Shown here: positions 1-8,672 of the stretch, piece by piece | Layout: every line of letters begins with the position of its first letter | Position numbering within the stretch: position 1 is the first letter of the stretch | DNA from: Gammaproteobacteria bacterium | GTDB taxonomy: Bacteria; Pseudomonadota; Gammaproteobacteria; Eutrophobiales; Eutrophobiaceae | Reading direction: 5' to 3' | DNA length: 64,000 bases | NCBI GenBank assembly: GCA_965222155.1 | Contig: CBDCTH010000012.1 | Location: 3,080,441-3,144,440, forward strand | Position numbers and translations under genes: made by a program | Notes under the pieces: model-generated | What the model saw: the letters and a program-made list of their open reading frames with translations, nothing else | Database searches by the model: none | Told to the model about the DNA's origin: nothing

Positions 1-136
1 CCGTAGCGCCGCCGGGCAATCTTTGATTACAGTTGAGAATAGCCTCAAGGAGAACGCCGGTGTCCAACTGTTCTCGGCCACAAAAAAGCACGGCCTGGAA
101 GAATTGTACAGGGTGCTTGATATGTGGTTGGAATAA
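1..136 (+). CDS. engB: C-terminal end of a GTP-binding protein, EngB/YihA-like (partial; starts upstream of window)
   Basis: Open frame enters at the window start and ends ...VQLFSATKKHGLEELYRVLDMWLE-stop (taa 134-136). The tail resembles EngB C-termini, but the fragment is very short. Confidence 0.4.
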   Translation, partial: RSAAGQSLITVENSLKENAGVQLFSATKKHGLEELYRVLDMWLE

Positions 137-325
137 AGCGTTGTTGATGGTAAATCGAAAAAGGTCGGCCCCGGAGTCGTGAGGGGGGAAGTCCACCGGG
201 GCCGGATTACCCGGCTGGGGATCGCCGGGGTTCGTTTATCATCTGATAACAAGGAATATTCACCCTGTGTCAATTAAGACCCACAGGGTTTAAAAAAGTT
301 CCGGTTCGCTGTTGTAACGGAATTT

Positions 326-540
326 TTATGCACAGATCAAGGGTTTCCCGGGGGTTTTAGCGACTAATCGCAGACAAGTATCAACGGGGAACGCCATACA
401 AATTCTAACTATTTGAAATATATAAGGTTTATTAAATTGTTTAAATTTTAACAAATTTGTCATAAATCCAGTATTTTTCCGTACTTTAAGGCGTGCTCTC
501 CCACTGTATCCACAAAGTTATCCACAAAAAATGTGGATAA
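326..540. promoter_or_regulatory. Cluster of DnaA-box 9-mers next to an AT-rich stretch in a convergent intergenic region
   Basis: TTATGCACA 326-334, GTATCCACA 506-514, perfect TTATCCACA 518-526, and perfect reverse box TGTGGATAA 532-540. An AT-rich tract lies at ~400-480. Both flanking genes (engB', rpmE) end toward this region. Confidence 0.5.
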
Positions 541-692
541 CAAATTATCTTCAATTATGACAAGCAGTTATGTTTTTAAAACTAGAATCTATATCAAAGA
601 TGCATCCTAACTTGGAAAGCAAAAAATCAGCAACGTGGTCTTGAATAACAGCAGTCGGCAAGCAGCTCGACAGCAACCCTTGACCCTCGGAA

Positions 693-893
693 TCACATGC
701 TGTACTTGCGCCGGAATTTATCCACCCGTCCGGCGGTATCCAATATCTTCTGTTTGCCCGAATAAAAAGGATGGCACAGGGAACACACTTCTATGTGCAA
801 ATTTCCCTTATGGGTTGACTGAGTGGTGAAGGTATTGCCACAACTGCAAGTAACCTCGATTTCATTGTATTTTGGATGAATGTCGGCTTTCAT
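693..893 (-). CDS. rpmE: 50S ribosomal protein L31 (Zn-ribbon type)
   Basis: 66-aa [25 protein letters not shown]...[13 protein letters not shown]. This is the classic L31 sequence with CxC/CxxC motifs. Confidence 0.95.
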   Translation of the reverse strand: MKADIHPKYNEIEVTCSCGNTFTTQSTHKGNLHIEVCSLCHPFYSGKQKILDTAGRVDKFRRKYSM

Positions 894-977
894 CGTTTAC
901 CCCTGTTTCGTTTCCGGGCGCAGATTGTAGTGGAAACTGCTGGTTTATTCAACTTTGTTTTGCCACAGTGTTGTTTT

Positions 978-1036
978 GCCACAGAGGACACAGAGATCAC
1001 AGAGTCCGGGTTTGGGAGCTTTGTGTCCTCTGTGGC
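978..1036 (-). terminator. 15-bp perfect inverted repeat immediately after the xthA stop codon
   Basis: gccacagaggacaca (978-992) pairs with tgtgtcctctgtggc (1022-1036), with a 29-nt loop. There is no clear U-tract, so terminator function is tentative. Confidence 0.35.
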
Positions 1037-1806
1037 TAAAACCTGAATTCTGCGACAACGGGAGTGTGGTCAGAGGGACGCTGCTGCTGGCGCGGAACAA
1101 TATCTATCCAACTGTCGGCACAACGCCGGCTGAGCGGGGTTGACGCCAGAATGAGGTCGATACGCAAGCCGCGGTTATGCGCGAAATCGCCCGCGCGGTA
1201 ATCCCACCAGGAAAAGGAATGGCGTTCCTGTTCAAACAACCGGAAGGTATCCGTCAGGCCGTGGGCCAGGAGTCCGGATAAGGCATCTCGTTCCGGTCGA
1301 CTGCAGAGTATCCTGTCGCGCCATCCTTCCGGGTCGTGGACGTCGGCATCGGCAGGCGTGATATTAAAATCACCGAGGAGAACGAGTTTATCGTAGTTTT
1401 GCAACAGTTCGCCGGTGAAGACGTCAAGTCGCGCCAGCCAGTCGAGTTTGTAGGCGTACTTGTCCGAGCCGACCTCGGAACCGTTCGGTACGTACAGGTT
1501 CAGGACGCAAATATCGTCAACCAGGGCGCACAGCACGCGTTTCTGCGGGTCATCCAGGCCGGGCAGGCCGGTATGCAACATCTGAACCGGATTCCTGCTC
1601 ACGACGGCAACGCCGTTATAGGTTTTTTGCCCGGAAAAAACTACCTGGTAACCTGCTTCATCAAAGGCATGGGTGGGGAAGCCTTCATCCTGGGTCTTGG
1701 TCTCCTGCAAGGCAAGCACGTCCGGCCCATGGGTGTCCAGCCACTGCAACACCTGCGGCAGGCGCACCTTCAGGGAATTGACGTTCCAACTGGCTATGGT
1801 CCACAT
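1036..1806 (-). CDS. xthA: Exodeoxyribonuclease III
   Basis: MWTIASWNVNSLKVRLPQVLQWL...LALQETK...LGDFNI...SDHTPVVAEF is typical ExoIII/EEP. Start taken at M22 of the tracked ORF. Confidence 0.88.
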   Translation of the reverse strand: MWTIASWNVNSLKVRLPQVLQWLDTHGPDVLALQETKTQDEGFPTHAFDEAGYQVVFSGQKTYNGVAVVSRNPVQMLHTGLPGLDDPQKRVLCALVDDICVLNLYVPNGSEVGSDKYAYKLDWLARLDVFTGELLQNYDKLVLLGDFNITPADADVHDPEGWRDRILCSRPERDALSGLLAHGLTDTFRLFEQERHSFSWWDYRAGDFAHNRGLRIDLILASTPLSRRCADSWIDIVPRQQQRPSDHTPVVAEFRF

Positions 1807-1816
1807 GGAAATAGTC

Positions 1817-3874
1817 TCAGGGCCGTGCTGAAACATCAGGCATGATACCCGAGTGTCGCAACAGGGCATCTATAACAGGTTTACGGCCGCGGAATTCAAC
1901 GAACAGGTCCATGGGTTCACGTGAACCCCCCTGCTCCAGTATGGTGTGGAGAAAATCCCTGCCCGTTTTGGTATCGAAGATCCCATTTTCCTCAAACCGG
2001 GAGAAGGCGTCGGCGGAAAGCACCTCGGCCCACTTGTAGCTGTAATAGCCCGCGCCATAACCGCCTGCGAAAATATGGGCGAACCCATGTTGAAAGCGGT
2101 TGTCGGGTGGCGCTTTGACCACCGCGACAGCGCGCCGGACCTGGTCCAGCAGGGACTGGATATCGTCCGTATCATGACCGCGCCGTTCATTGTGGAGGCG
2201 GAAGTCGAACAGGGCCAGTTCGAGTTGCCGCACCATGTGCATCCCGGCATGATACGTCCTGGCCTGTTGCATCTTGTCGAACAATTCTTTCGGAAGCGCT
2301 GCTCCGGTCTGGTAATGGCGTGCGAACAGGTCCAGCGATTCCCGTTCCCAGCACCAGTTTTCCAGGAACTGGCTGGGCAGTTCCACCGCATCCCAGGGCA
2401 CACCGTTGATCCCGGCCACGCCGGCGTAATCGACCAGCGTCAGCATATGATGCAGGCCGTGGCCGAATTCATGGAACAGGGTGAGCACCTCGTCGTGGGT
2501 GAGCAGGGCGGGTTTGCCGGATACCGGTGGAGTGAAGTTACAGGTCAGGAACGCCACCGGAGTCTGGACGGCGCCGTTGTTCAGTCTGCGCGTGATACAT
2601 TCATCCATCCAGGCGCCGCCGCGCTTGTGCGGGCGGGCATACAGGTCAAGGTAGAATGCGCCGCGCAACCCGCCGTCAGCATCCCTGACCTCAAAAAATC
2701 TGACGTCGGGATGCCAGACCTCGACCTCTTCACGCTGATTAATGCTGAGGCCGTACAACCGGTTGACCACCGAGAACAGCCCTTCGACCACCTGGTTTGC
2801 CGGAAAATAGGGGCGTAAATCTTCCTGGGAAAAGTCGAATTCTTTCTGCCTGAGCTTCTCCGAGTAATAGGGTATATCCCAGGCTTGCAATTCATCAAGG
2901 CCGTACTCCTGAGCGGCAAATTCCTCCAGGGCCGCCATTTCCCGATGCGCCACGGTCTTGCTGCGCCCGGCCAGGTTATGCAGGAACTCCGTGACTTCTT
3001 CCGGCGTGTCAGCCATCTTTTTGACCAGTGAGTATTCCGCATAGTTTGCGTAGCCCAGTAACGCGGCGAGTTCCTGTCGTAACGACAGGATCTGCGTCAT
3101 CAGCGGTCCATTGTCCCATTTCCCCCCATTGGGGCCCCGCTCCGAGGCGCGGGTATTGTAGGCGATGTACATTTCCTGCCGGAACGTCCTGTCGTCGGCG
3201 TAGTTCATCACCGGCGCGTAAGAAGGATATTCCAGTGTAAACAGCCAGTCGGTCCGGTCCTGCCGGCGCGCGTTCTGCGCCGCCAGTTCGACGGCCGTAT
3301 CCGGCAGACCGTTGAGTTGCGACTCATCCGTAACCAGCCTGGTCCAGCCGTGGGTGGCATCAAGCAGGTTTTCTTCAAAGCGCGTTTCCAGTTGTGAGAG
3401 TTTCTGTCTCAGAACCTTGTACCGGTCTTTTTCCCGTTGTTCCAGGTCGATGCCGGACAGGTGAAAATCCCGCAAGCTGTTCTGGATGATCTTTTGTCGG
3501 GAGATATCCAGCCGGGAATAGTATTCGCTACCGGCCAGGGTCTTGCAGGCGTGGAACAGGTCTTCATTCTGCCCCAGTTCAGTGGCGTGGTCGGCCATTT
3601 TGGGCACACAGGCATTGTGAGCTAGGCGCAATGCCTCATTATCGGCGACCGAATGCAGGTGCCGGACCATGGACCAGGCGCGTTGCAGTTGATCTTCCTT
3701 GTCTTCCAGGGGCTGGAACAGCGATTCCCAGGTATGTTCCCCGGGTTGTTCCAGCAGGGACTGCAACAACACGCGGTGCTCTTCCAGCAGCTGATCGACG
3801 GCGGGCTCCATATGTTCTGGCCTGACACGGCTGAAGGTCGGCAATATCTGATTTTCAAGTAACGGATTGTTCAT
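1817..3874 (-). CDS. prlC: Oligopeptidase A (M3 family zinc metallopeptidase)
   Basis: ~685 aa with an HEFGHGLHH zinc motif and M3 family-like sequence throughout. Start taken at MNNPLLENQILP. Confidence 0.88.
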   Translation of the reverse strand: MNNPLLENQILPTFSRVRPEHMEPAVDQLLEEHRVLLQSLLEQPGEHTWESLFQPLEDKEDQLQRAWSMVRHLHSVADNEALRLAHNACVPKMADHATELGQNEDLFHACKTLAGSEYYSRLDISRQKIIQNSLRDFHLSGIDLEQREKDRYKVLRQKLSQLETRFEENLLDATHGWTRLVTDESQLNGLPDTAVELAAQNARRQDRTDWLFTLEYPSYAPVMNYADDRTFRQEMYIAYNTRASERGPNGGKWDNGPLMTQILSLRQELAALLGYANYAEYSLVKKMADTPEEVTEFLHNLAGRSKTVAHREMAALEEFAAQEYGLDELQAWDIPYYSEKLRQKEFDFSQEDLRPYFPANQVVEGLFSVVNRLYGLSINQREEVEVWHPDVRFFEVRDADGGLRGAFYLDLYARPHKRGGAWMDECITRRLNNGAVQTPVAFLTCNFTPPVSGKPALLTHDEVLTLFHEFGHGLHHMLTLVDYAGVAGINGVPWDAVELPSQFLENWCWERESLDLFARHYQTGAALPKELFDKMQQARTYHAGMHMVRQLELALFDFRLHNERRGHDTDDIQSLLDQVRRAVAVVKAPPDNRFQHGFAHIFAGGYGAGYYSYKWAEVLSADAFSRFEENGIFDTKTGRDFLHTILEQGGSREPMDLFVEFRGRKPVIDALLRHSGIMPDVSARP

Positions 3875-3885
3875 GTTCTGATACT

Positions 3886-3904
3886 GATAATGAGAATTAT
3901 TTTT
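3886..3904. promoter_or_regulatory. Fur-box-like sequence in the prlC/bfr divergent region
   Basis: gataatgagaattattttt matches GATAATGATAATCATTATC at about 15/19 positions by eye. Confidence 0.35.
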
Positions 3905-4055
3905 ATTTAAAATCAATAAGTTATGCTTTACATGCAGAATCAGAGCTGATATGATCCGGCACTGGTTTCCGTTTATGGGAGTGAACCGTAGTCCAGTCGC
4001 CCTGCAGGCGGGAGCCGCTTTCGATTAACTCGTTGTTTATTTACAGAGGTCTATT

Positions 4056-4520
4056 ATGCAAGGTGACGAAAAAATAATCGAGTACCTCAACCAGGTACTC
4101 AAGAATGAACTGACGGCGATTAACCAATATTTCCTGCATGCACGGATGTGGAAGGACTGGGGCCTGAAGGAATTGAATGAGCATGAATATCACGAATCCG
4201 TCGATGAAATGAAGCATGCCGACAAGCTGATCGAACGGGTTCTGTTCCTGGAGGGTCTGCCGAACCTGCAGGACCTGGGCAAGTTGTTTATCGGCGAAAA
4301 TACCAGGGAGATGCTGGAATGCGACCTGAAACAGGAACATCTCGCCATACCTTTGTTGCGGGAGGCCATAGCACACTGCGAAGCCGAACGGGATTATGTC
4401 AGCCGTGCACTCCTGGAAGATATCCTTGAAGACGAGGAGGAACACGTGGACTGGCTGGAAACCCAGCTTGAACTGATAGAAAAGGTCGGCATTGAGAATT
4501 ACCAGCAATCCAAGATGTAA
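4056..4520 (+). CDS. bfr: Bacterioferritin
   Basis: [37 protein letters not shown]..., a 154-aa canonical Bfr. Confidence 0.95.
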   Translation: MQGDEKIIEYLNQVLKNELTAINQYFLHARMWKDWGLKELNEHEYHESVDEMKHADKLIERVLFLEGLPNLQDLGKLFIGENTREMLECDLKQEHLAIPLLREAIAHCEAERDYVSRALLEDILEDEEEHVDWLETQLELIEKVGIENYQQSKM

Positions 4521-4685
4521 CAGGATTAAGGATGGCGGGAAGCAGGAAACTGGAATCGATTTTGCAAAGGTTACACATAGTAAAAATGTCTCGCTAAGCC
4601 GCTGATCGTTCCCTGGTGTCAGGGTTCAGACTCGAAAGTATTCAGCTGTCCCGCCCGGGGCAGAAAATCAGTATAAATATTTGTT

Positions 4686-4704
4686 GCAAATGATTCTCAT
4701 TTGT
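4686..4704. promoter_or_regulatory. Fur-box-like sequence upstream of bfd
   Basis: gcaaatgattctcatttgt has a dyad AATGAT..ATCATT-like core, ~50 nt upstream of the bfd start. Confidence 0.45.
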
Positions 4705-4752
4705 TCTATTATTCGTGTTACTAACCAATCTGCATATAAAGAGTGCTATCAG

Positions 4753-4953
4753 ATGTACGTATGTGTATGTAACGCGTTAACGGAACGGCAAGTCAGGCAA
4801 GCCATAGGCGAAGGTGCCCTGACACCCGGACAAGTCAGACAAAAACTGGACTCCGAGCGCATTTGCGGCTCCTGCGACGACTGCCTGGAAGACTGTCTTT
4901 CCGAAGCATTCATGTTCGCTTCCCCCAGCCTGAATGTCGCAGTAGCCGAGTAA
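4753..4953 (+). CDS. bfd: Bacterioferritin-associated ferredoxin (BFD-like [2Fe-2S])
   Basis: MYVCVCNALTERQVRQAI...CGSCDDC Cys pattern, and the gene is adjacent to bfr. Start taken at the internal M of the tracked ORF. Confidence 0.8.
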   Translation: MYVCVCNALTERQVRQAIGEGALTPGQVRQKLDSERICGSCDDCLEDCLSEAFMFASPSLNVAVAE

Positions 4954-5103
4954 ACAGCACCCGGCATTCATCTACCCCTGCTTTGACTCCTGTGCGGGCA
5001 GGGGGCCATAAAGAACTACCATCACGCGGATTCCCGTCCCTGTTCAACACCACACAGTACTTGCTGCCGGCTTACTGCAGGTAAGAGGCAGACGTTTGCA
5101 AAT

Positions 5104-5122
5104 GCAAATGATAATTATTATT
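5104..5122. promoter_or_regulatory. Fur box upstream of the TonB-dependent receptor
   Basis: gcaaatgataattattatt matches the Fur consensus at ~15/19 positions. An overlapping aaatgcaaatga repeat lies just 5' of it. Confidence 0.6.
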
Positions 5123-5197
5123 ATTTGTATCACGCCTCGCATTCATGTATTATCGACGCCAGGTGTAACACCAGACAAATAATAAGAGGAGAAATGT

Positions 5198-7492
5198 ATG
5201 TCCGCTGTTTCATGCTTCCTGAAGCCACATCAACGTTACAGCCTGCCTGACAAGAGGCGCCTGCTGCCCGTCACCGCGCTGTACGCGGGATTGGCCCTGG
5301 CCGCCTTCAACTTGCCGGCATTCGCCGCGAACCAGGAAATCAATGAGGAGATTACTGTTGTAGGCAGCTCGGACGAGGCCCAAAGCGTTGCCGGGGCGGC
5401 TCACTTCATTGGTCAGGAGGAACTGGAGAAATTTTCCTATTCCGATATCCAGCGTATCGGGCGCGAGGTGCCGGGTGTGTCACTACAGGTGGAAGACGGT
5501 TACGGTCTGCGTCCCAACATCAGTATCCGCGGTGTAGCCACGGAGCGCAGCGGCCGTATCACTCTGCTGGAGGATGGCGTGCTGATTGCCCCGGCGCCCT
5601 ATTCGGCGCCGTCGGCCTATTACTTCCCCACGGCGGGCCGCATGAATGCATTCGAGGTGCTGAAAGGCCCCGCCGCGATCACCCAGGGGCCCTACACCAT
5701 CGGCGGTGCGCTTAACATGATCTCGACACCCATCCCGAATGAACTGCAGGGCCGGGTGATGGCAGAGGGCGGTGAAGATGCGACTTACCGGGTCCATGCC
5801 CACTACGGCGGCGAGCTGGGGAACGGTCTTGGATTCCTGGTCGAAACACATCAATGGGGAACGGACGGCTTCCAGAACCTGGATAACGATGGCGGCGATA
5901 CCGGGCTCAGGCTGGAAGACTATACGCTAAAGCTGCGGTACGCTTCTCCCGCTTCCCGTCACCAGCTGGACTTTAAATTTCAATACGCCGATCAGGATTC
6001 GGAACAAAGCTACCTCGGGCTGACCGATGCGGATTTTGCGGAGGACCCATATCGCCGCTATGGCGCGTCGGAACTGGACAATATCGCCACGCAGCACTTC
6101 CAGTACATCTTGCGTTACAAGCTGGAACTTACCGACAGACTGACCTTGGCCATAACCGGTTACAACAATGAACACGAACGCGACTGGTTCAAAACCGAAG
6201 GTCTGGACGCGGACGGCAGCCCGAGTGCCGAGGAGTTCAGCCGAACCAGTTGGTTCAACGTTATCCGGGCGGTAAATCAGGGCAGCGGGCTGGGCGCGCT
6301 GACTCCGGTCGAACTTCAGGGCATCCTGGATGGCTCGATTGATACCGCCCCCGGCAGCATACAGGTCCGCTCCAACGCTCGTGAATACTTCTCCCGCGGC
6401 GTGCAGTTCAATTTCAACTGGAACGGTGAGATCGGTGCGACTCGCCATGACCTGGAAATCGGCGTCCGCTACCACGAAGACGAAGAAGACAGGCTGCAGC
6501 GCAACAGCTCCTACCACCAGGAAAACGCCAGGCTGGTGCTGGACGATCCGGGGTTGCTGGGTAATGCCGGTAACCGCGTGCAGGAGGCCGAGGCTGTCGC
6601 CGTGCATATCTATGATCACATTGAATGGGGCAACTGGGTGCTGAGCCCGGGAATCCGCTATGAAGACATCGACCAGAAGCGCACCCGCTGGCGCGACCGG
6701 GGCGATCAGGCCGGCGCGCGCAACACATTCCGGGACAGCCGGAAAAACAGCACCAAAGTATGGCTCCCCGGCCTAGGCATTCTCTACCGTATGAATGACA
6801 ACCTGGCGCTGCTGGCAGGCATCCACAAAGGTTTTACCGCGCCCAGTAATGCGCCGGACGTGAAAGAGGAGAAGGCGATCAACTATGAACTGGGCTTCAG
6901 GTACGCGCACAACGGCCTGCGCGGAGAGGTGATTGGTTTCCTTAGTGATTACGACAACATCCTCGGCGAATGCACGTCGTCATCCGGCGCCGACTGTACG
7001 GTCGGCGACGCATTCGATGGCGATGCGGCGACGGTTGCCGGCGTGGAAGTGCTGCTATCAGCCAACCTGACCCCGGACCACAGCTTCAGCCTGCCGCTGT
7101 CATTCGTTTACACTTATATAGACGCCGAATTTGACACGGACATCGCCGTCACCGACTTTTTCGGCGACGTGAGTAAAGGCGACCCCATCCCCTACATACC
7201 GGAGCACCAGTTACGGGTATCTGCCGGCATTGAACAATCGCGCTGGGCCGCGTATATCAGCGCGAATTACGTGGACGAGGTATGTGTGCGCGCCTCCTGT
7301 GCTGATTTTGAACGCACCGATGCAGCGCTGACGGTCGATATAGCCGCCAACTTCCGCTATAACGACAGGATATCCTTGTTTGGCCGCATGGAAAACGTCA
7401 CCGGAGAGGAAGACATACTGGGCCGCCACCCCTACGGCGCCCGGCCGAACAAGGACCGGACCACCATTGCCGGCGTCCGCATCGGATTTTAA
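5198..7492 (+). CDS. TonB-dependent outer-membrane receptor (iron/siderophore type)
   Basis: 764 aa with a signal peptide, a plug-like N-terminus (EEITVVGS..., RGVATERSGRITLLEDGV), beta-barrel-like repeats and a terminal ...GVRIGF aromatic residue. A Fur box lies upstream. Confidence 0.88.
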   Translation: MSAVSCFLKPHQRYSLPDKRRLLPVTALYAGLALAAFNLPAFAANQEINEEITVVGSSDEAQSVAGAAHFIGQEELEKFSYSDIQRIGREVPGVSLQVEDGYGLRPNISIRGVATERSGRITLLEDGVLIAPAPYSAPSAYYFPTAGRMNAFEVLKGPAAITQGPYTIGGALNMISTPIPNELQGRVMAEGGEDATYRVHAHYGGELGNGLGFLVETHQWGTDGFQNLDNDGGDTGLRLEDYTLKLRYASPASRHQLDFKFQYADQDSEQSYLGLTDADFAEDPYRRYGASELDNIATQHFQYILRYKLELTDRLTLAITGYNNEHERDWFKTEGLDADGSPSAEEFSRTSWFNVIRAVNQGSGLGALTPVELQGILDGSIDTAPGSIQVRSNAREYFSRGVQFNFNWNGEIGATRHDLEIGVRYHEDEEDRLQRNSSYHQENARLVLDDPGLLGNAGNRVQEAEAVAVHIYDHIEWGNWVLSPGIRYEDIDQKRTRWRDRGDQAGARNTFRDSRKNSTKVWLPGLGILYRMNDNLALLAGIHKGFTAPSNAPDVKEEKAINYELGFRYAHNGLRGEVIGFLSDYDNILGECTSSSGADCTVGDAFDGDAATVAGVEVLLSANLTPDHSFSLPLSFVYTYIDAEFDTDIAVTDFFGDVSKGDPIPYIPEHQLRVSAGIEQSRWAAYISANYVDEVCVRASCADFERTDAALTVDIAANFRYNDRISLFGRMENVTGEEDILGRHPYGARPNKDRTTIAGVRIGF

Positions 7493-7599
7493 TCAACTCC
7501 GCGACAGGAGTGATCGGCCCGTACTTCCTGGTAGGAGAAGCGGGTCAAGACAGGGAACTTTCAAACTCAGCAACGTTATACTCTTGTCGTAACTGGAGT

Positions 7600-7633
7600 G
7601 GGGGCGTATATTCAGGCACGCCCCCCCTTTTTT
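7600..7633 (+). terminator. Rho-independent terminator after the receptor gene
   Basis: gggggcgt (7600-7607) pairs with acgccccc (7618-7625) and is followed by tttttt (7628-7633). Confidence 0.7.
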
Positions 7634-7650
7634 ACAAGATAAGGAACAAG

Positions 7651-8658
7651 ATGAGATATATACCCCTGTTATTTTTTGTTGTCCTGGCTCATCAGGCAGG
7701 ACAGACAGAAGAAGTCAACGTCTACTCCGGCCGCAAGGAGGCCCTGATTAAACCGTTGTTCGACGAATTCACGGAACAGACGGGGATCAGGGTTAACCTG
7801 GTCACGGGCAAGGCGGATGCGTTGATTAAACGCCTGGAGCTTGAGGGTGAAAAATCACCGGCGGACCTGTTGCTGACCGTGGACGCGGGACGCCTGCATC
7901 GGGCAAAGGAACAAGGCTTGCTGCAGGCAATCACTTCCGCAGAACTCAACGAGGCGGTGCCGGAAAACTATCGCGACCCCCAGGGATATTGGTACGGCCT
8001 GTCAATCAGGGCGCGGGTAATAGTCCACTCCAAGGCAAATATCGAGCCGCTACGGCTTTCCACCTATGAAGCCCTGGCCGGTCCCGTCTGGAAGAAACAG
8101 CTTTGCGTGCGCTCCTCATCCAACATCTATAACCAGTCACTGGTTGCCTCCATGTTTGCCCACCACGGGCTGGAGAAAGCGGAATCCTGGATCAGGGGCC
8201 TGGTCGGCAATTTCGCCAGAGACCCCAAAGGCGGCGACCGGGACCAGATCAAGGCCGTGGCGGCGGGGCAATGCAATGTGGCGCTGATCAACACGTACTA
8301 CCTGGCAGGTATGCTTGACTCGGATATCGATAGTGAAGTCGCCGCGGCAAACAAGGTGGCACTGTTCTGGCCGAACCAGGCGGGAAGAGGCACCCACGTC
8401 AATGTCAGCGGCGCCGGCGTAACAAGGTCGGCAGGACACAAGGGCGCCGCTGTGCGCTTGCTGGAATACCTGGTCAGCATCCCGGCGCAGGAATGGTACG
8501 GAAAAACGAACCATGAATTTCCCGTCCGGGAAGGTGTTACCGGAGACAGCATCCTGCAATCCTGGGGCGCGTTCAAGGCCGACAACTTGAACCTGGCAGT
8601 GCTGGGGGAAAATAACCAGGCTGCCGTGCGCGCCATGGACCGGGGCGGCTGGAAGTAA
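7651..8658 (+). CDS. Fe(3+) ABC transporter periplasmic substrate-binding protein (FbpA/AfuA-like)
   Basis: MRYIPLLFFVVLAHQ signal peptide followed by VNVYSGRKEALIKPLFDEF..., typical of ferric-binding proteins. RBS aaggaac lies upstream of the atg at 7651. Confidence 0.82.
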   Translation: MRYIPLLFFVVLAHQAGQTEEVNVYSGRKEALIKPLFDEFTEQTGIRVNLVTGKADALIKRLELEGEKSPADLLLTVDAGRLHRAKEQGLLQAITSAELNEAVPENYRDPQGYWYGLSIRARVIVHSKANIEPLRLSTYEALAGPVWKKQLCVRSSSNIYNQSLVASMFAHHGLEKAESWIRGLVGNFARDPKGGDRDQIKAVAAGQCNVALINTYYLAGMLDSDIDSEVAAANKVALFWPNQAGRGTHVNVSGAGVTRSAGHKGAAVRLLEYLVSIPAQEWYGKTNHEFPVREGVTGDSILQSWGAFKADNLNLAVLGENNQAAVRAMDRGGWK

Positions 8659-8672
8659 TACAGCCCTAAGCA

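Noticed and set aside
167-203. A GC-rich 8-bp stem (ggccccgg/ccggggcc) and a second hairpin at 262-289, considered as engB terminators
   Set aside because: Neither is followed by a convincing U-tract (only ttt then A-run after the second). They are left unannotated.
326-554. Calling the DnaA-box cluster the chromosomal origin (oriC)
   Set aside because: The usual neighbours (dnaA/dnaN/rpmH or gidA/mioC) are absent and GC skew cannot be computed from one window. It is reported only as a candidate DnaA-binding locus.
635-829. 64-aa plus-strand ORF
   Set aside because: It is antisense to rpmE over most of its length and has an implausible composition. The rpmE assignment is unambiguous.
1336-3862. 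Long antisense and alternative-frame ORFs inside xthA and prlC (for example 1336-1845, 1946-2818)
   Set aside because: They are fully nested in genes with strong family signatures on the other strand or frame. Typical high-GC shadow ORFs.
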